Assembly: GCA_044226015.1 (NCBI GenBank)
Contig: JBGAHS010000002.1
Location: 689,571 to 753,570, forward strand
From: Candidatus Obscuribacteraceae bacterium
GTDB taxonomy: Bacteria; Cyanobacteriota; Vampirovibrionia; Obscuribacterales; Obscuribacteraceae
Direction: 5' to 3'
Length of the DNA: 64,000 nucleotides
Shown here piece by piece: positions 61,540 through 64,000 of the stretch; the stretch's first letter is position 1; the number at the start of each line of letters is the position of its first letter. A program made the position numbers and the translations under genes. Below the pieces are notes generated by a model, which searched no databases, was not told the origin of the DNA, and saw only the letters and a program-made list of their open reading frames with translations.

Positions 61540-62634
61540 ATGGCTGCCGTTTTCCGCCCGGGCTGTTATACTGTGGCAAACGAAACTACCGACGATGCAA
61601 AGGCGCAAGAATTGTCATTTCAAATAAAAATGGGCTCTAACAAAGAATTTCCCCCTGAAGCCCGCGGCTGGAACTGGGGAGCATTTTGTTTGACATGGGT
61701 TTGGGGAATTTGCAACGGAACCTATATTGCACTGCTGTGTCTCATTCCTGCAGTTTCCTTTGTGATGATGTTCGTCTTAGGCGCAAAGGGAAATGAATGG
61801 AGCTGGTGCAATAAGAACTGGAATAGCGTTGAGGAGTTTCACCGAGCCCAAAGAACTTGGGCAATAGCTGGAATAACGCTATGGGCTTTGTTCACTGTGC
61901 TTGTAATTGTGATTCCCATCGGATTGCTAGGATGGGGAGTCAAAACTGAGTGGCCGCAAATAACGGAAATGTTCAGGGATTTCAACCCTCACAAGAGATT
62001 TTGCAACTACGCACTGCAAGAAGCGGAACACAACCCTAGACTTACAGAACAGCTTGGTGCGCCACTTCTGCCCAATGGCCCCAGTGAAACCTACGCTGGA
62101 AATGGCTATTTTGAAACAGCGATACCCGTGCATGGTCCAAAGGGAGATGCAACGCTCTATGTTCGCTCTCGTCAAAAGAATGACGAGCTGCAATTAGAAA
62201 AGGCCGAGGTTGAATTAAAGTCACTTGAGCGAGTGCCTATCGAATCGCGACAGCAACAAAATGAAATTCGCGAAGCGGAAGGTCGCATAGTTCAACTAGA
62301 AAGAGCTATTCATCGCGAAGTTGCATGGAATAATCGAGAGCCCAAAGGTGAGCCAGAAGGCGAGGTCATTTTCCGTAAAGAAATGGCGGATATCCAGGCG
62401 AATCCAGAAATAAGAGAGTACTTTGGCGAGCACTTCAGTTTCAAAATCGAGAACGCCTTTGTCAAAATCTACGGACCGGCAGGAGAAGCCAGCTTCGTGG
62501 TCCTTCTTGCAGGAAAAGGGCATGAAGGCACTCTCAAACTGTACGCAAATCGCTCTCTCGGGCGCTGGCAGTTTGCGGATGCGCGAGTGAGCACCGCCGG
62601 CGGGGTCATCAACATTCCACTTCGAGTTGATTAG
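61540..62634 (+). CDS. Membrane protein with WNWGAF motif and two Coa1-like C-terminal domains
   Basis: WNWGAF..W, GNEWSW; repeated NP....(L/F)G...A...V.G.KG.(A/G)TL pattern. Confidence 0.7.
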   Translation: MAAVFRPGCYTVANETTDDAKAQELSFQIKMGSNKEFPPEARGWNWGAFCLTWVWGICNGTYIALLCLIPAVSFVMMFVLGAKGNEWSWCNKNWNSVEEFHRAQRTWAIAGITLWALFTVLVIVIPIGLLGWGVKTEWPQITEMFRDFNPHKRFCNYALQEAEHNPRLTEQLGAPLLPNGPSETYAGNGYFETAIPVHGPKGDATLYVRSRQKNDELQLEKAEVELKSLERVPIESRQQQNEIREAEGRIVQLERAIHREVAWNNREPKGEPEGEVIFRKEMADIQANPEIREYFGEHFSFKIENAFVKIYGPAGEASFVVLLAGKGHEGTLKLYANRSLGRWQFADARVSTAGGVINIPLRVD

Positions 62635-62721
62635 CTAGCCTAAAAGCACCAGGTTCAACGCTGCACTTCGCGTTGATTAGTAGCGTAAAAGCACCAGGTT
62701 CAACGCTGCACTTCGCGTTGA
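62620..62721. repeat. ~45-bp tandem duplication including the gene 3' end
   Basis: TAAAAGCACCAGGTTCAACGCTGCACTTCGCGTTGA x2; CACTTCGAGTTGATTAG at the gene end. Confidence 0.85.
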
Positions 62722-62949
62722 ATAGGCTCAGCAATAACAGTGAAGCCCTAGACTCCACATCGGTACAAAAATCGAGCAAATTAACGTAGCTCCGCACTTA
62801 ATTCCGATTTCAGCAGGCCCAGCGAAAACTGCGTAGTGCAGGGGAGCACTGAGCGCATAGACAAGAGCCGTGCAAGCAGATTCGATAAGGACGAGCAAGA
62901 TCTTTGCTAATCAGTTTTGCTAATCAGTAAAATCGTATTGAAATCGTAT

Positions 62950-63474
62950 TTATGGTATCGGTACCGATTTGCTTATTCGCGCGATGTAGTTGCTTGCGAT
63001 AATTATCGACACATCAGTAGGAAGCACATCGCGTACGTCTCTTATCAAAATCGCCAGAGCAAGACATGCGGCTTTGGCAGCTTTCGCATCGTCGAGACCA
63101 TGCTTGCCGAACACAGCTGATGCTTTCGGACGCAACTCTTGCGCGAGCTTCAATGGATCACGCACAGGCTGATGGTCTGGCGGAATTTTGCCAGTCCAGA
63201 TATCAGCTTTGATACCAAGTTCCCCAAGAACCTGTTCCAAATATGCGAGTATTCGCGGTGTACTATCATTCACTTCATCAACAAGAATGATTCCGCCTTG
63301 TGGAAACTTCGACAAATCAACATTGCATGAGCGCAAAATCGACTCACCACACACCGCTGATAGTGCAGCAACAGCTGACTCAGCATGAATTCCTCTGCTG
63401 TCTTTTAAATGATCCAAAACAGCCTGGTAAATTTCACCAGCTGCTTCTTTGTGCTGTAATTCTGTCACCGTCAT
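62950..63474 (-). CDS. Hypothetical protein
   Basis: 174-aa helical ORF from ATG 63474. Confidence 0.7.
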   Translation of the reverse strand: MTVTELQHKEAAGEIYQAVLDHLKDSRGIHAESAVAALSAVCGESILRSCNVDLSKFPQGGIILVDEVNDSTPRILAYLEQVLGELGIKADIWTGKIPPDHQPVRDPLKLAQELRPKASAVFGKHGLDDAKAAKAACLALAILIRDVRDVLPTDVSIIIASNYIARISKSVPIP

Positions 63475-63682
63475 TAGTAAATTGCCCCGGACGCCCAAGT
63501 ATTTACAAGTTGCCCACTGGACTAGAAAGATAACCGCTTTTTTGTTAAAGCTCTGTTTGTGCAGCAAAATACCCCTCACGGGTGAGTCACTTATTTATTG
63601 CATGAAGACGTTTCATTTCAACAACATTACGCTTTAGCAAAAGCAAAATCACAGCGATTTGACAGTACGGTCGACGTAGAGC

Positions 63683-64000
63683 TCAGATGTTCAATTCAAT
63701 AGCAGCACCGCGAGTCTTTGCTGCGATTTCGGCATCTGCTGCTTCGCCCACGCTACGCGATTCTGCCATCAATTCTTGAGCCGGAAAGTTCATGATAAAT
63801 GTGGAGCCAAGTCCGATTTCTGATTCTACAGCCACGTTTCCACCATGCTTTTCCACGATGTTTTTGACGATTGTTAGACCCAACCCTGTTCCTTTGATGG
63901 TATGCACTTTTTTCTCGACCCGGAAGAAGCGTTCGAAAATATGTTCGACGCATTCTTCAGGAATACCGATACCGTTGTCTTTCACTGCAACACGCACTTC
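63683..64000 (-). CDS. Histidine kinase C-terminal HATPase (partial), NblS/Hik33-like
   Basis: DNGIGI, FFRVEKKVHTIKGTGLGL resembling the cyanobacterial NblS ATP lid; truncated by window edge. Confidence 0.75.
   Translation of the reverse strand, partial: EVRVAVKDNGIGIPEECVEHIFERFFRVEKKVHTIKGTGLGLTIVKNIVEKHGGNVAVESEIGLGSTFIMNFPAQELMAESRSVGEAADAEIAAKTRGAAIELNI

Overview
Bacterial chromosomal window. The gene content suggests a non-photosynthetic cyanobacterial relative (Vampirovibrionia/Melainabacteria, Obscuribacterales-like); this is inference from an NblS/Hik33-like kinase tail, a PBP-A-like serine hydrolase, many Ser/Thr kinases and TPR proteins. Housekeeping genes (rqcH-like, lexA, cydAB, citrate synthase, proS, coaD) alternate with lineage-specific signalling and effector-like genes. 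The most notable signals are not in the ORF track: (1) a trp-style attenuator upstream of proS with an apparently leaderless 18-aa peptide carrying three CCA Pro codons; (2) a small gene with an in-frame UGA followed by a SECIS-like hairpin (candidate selenoprotein); (3) a ~400-nt structured, terminator-ended candidate sRNA that shares an 11-bp-phased GTGAG array with the adjacent kinase-receiver operon; (4) two integrase-free segments bounded by direct repeats, one carrying a papain-fold toxin/immunity-like cassette; (5) several intergenic tandem-repeat families. No rRNA, tRNA, CRISPR array, transposase or integrase was recognised.
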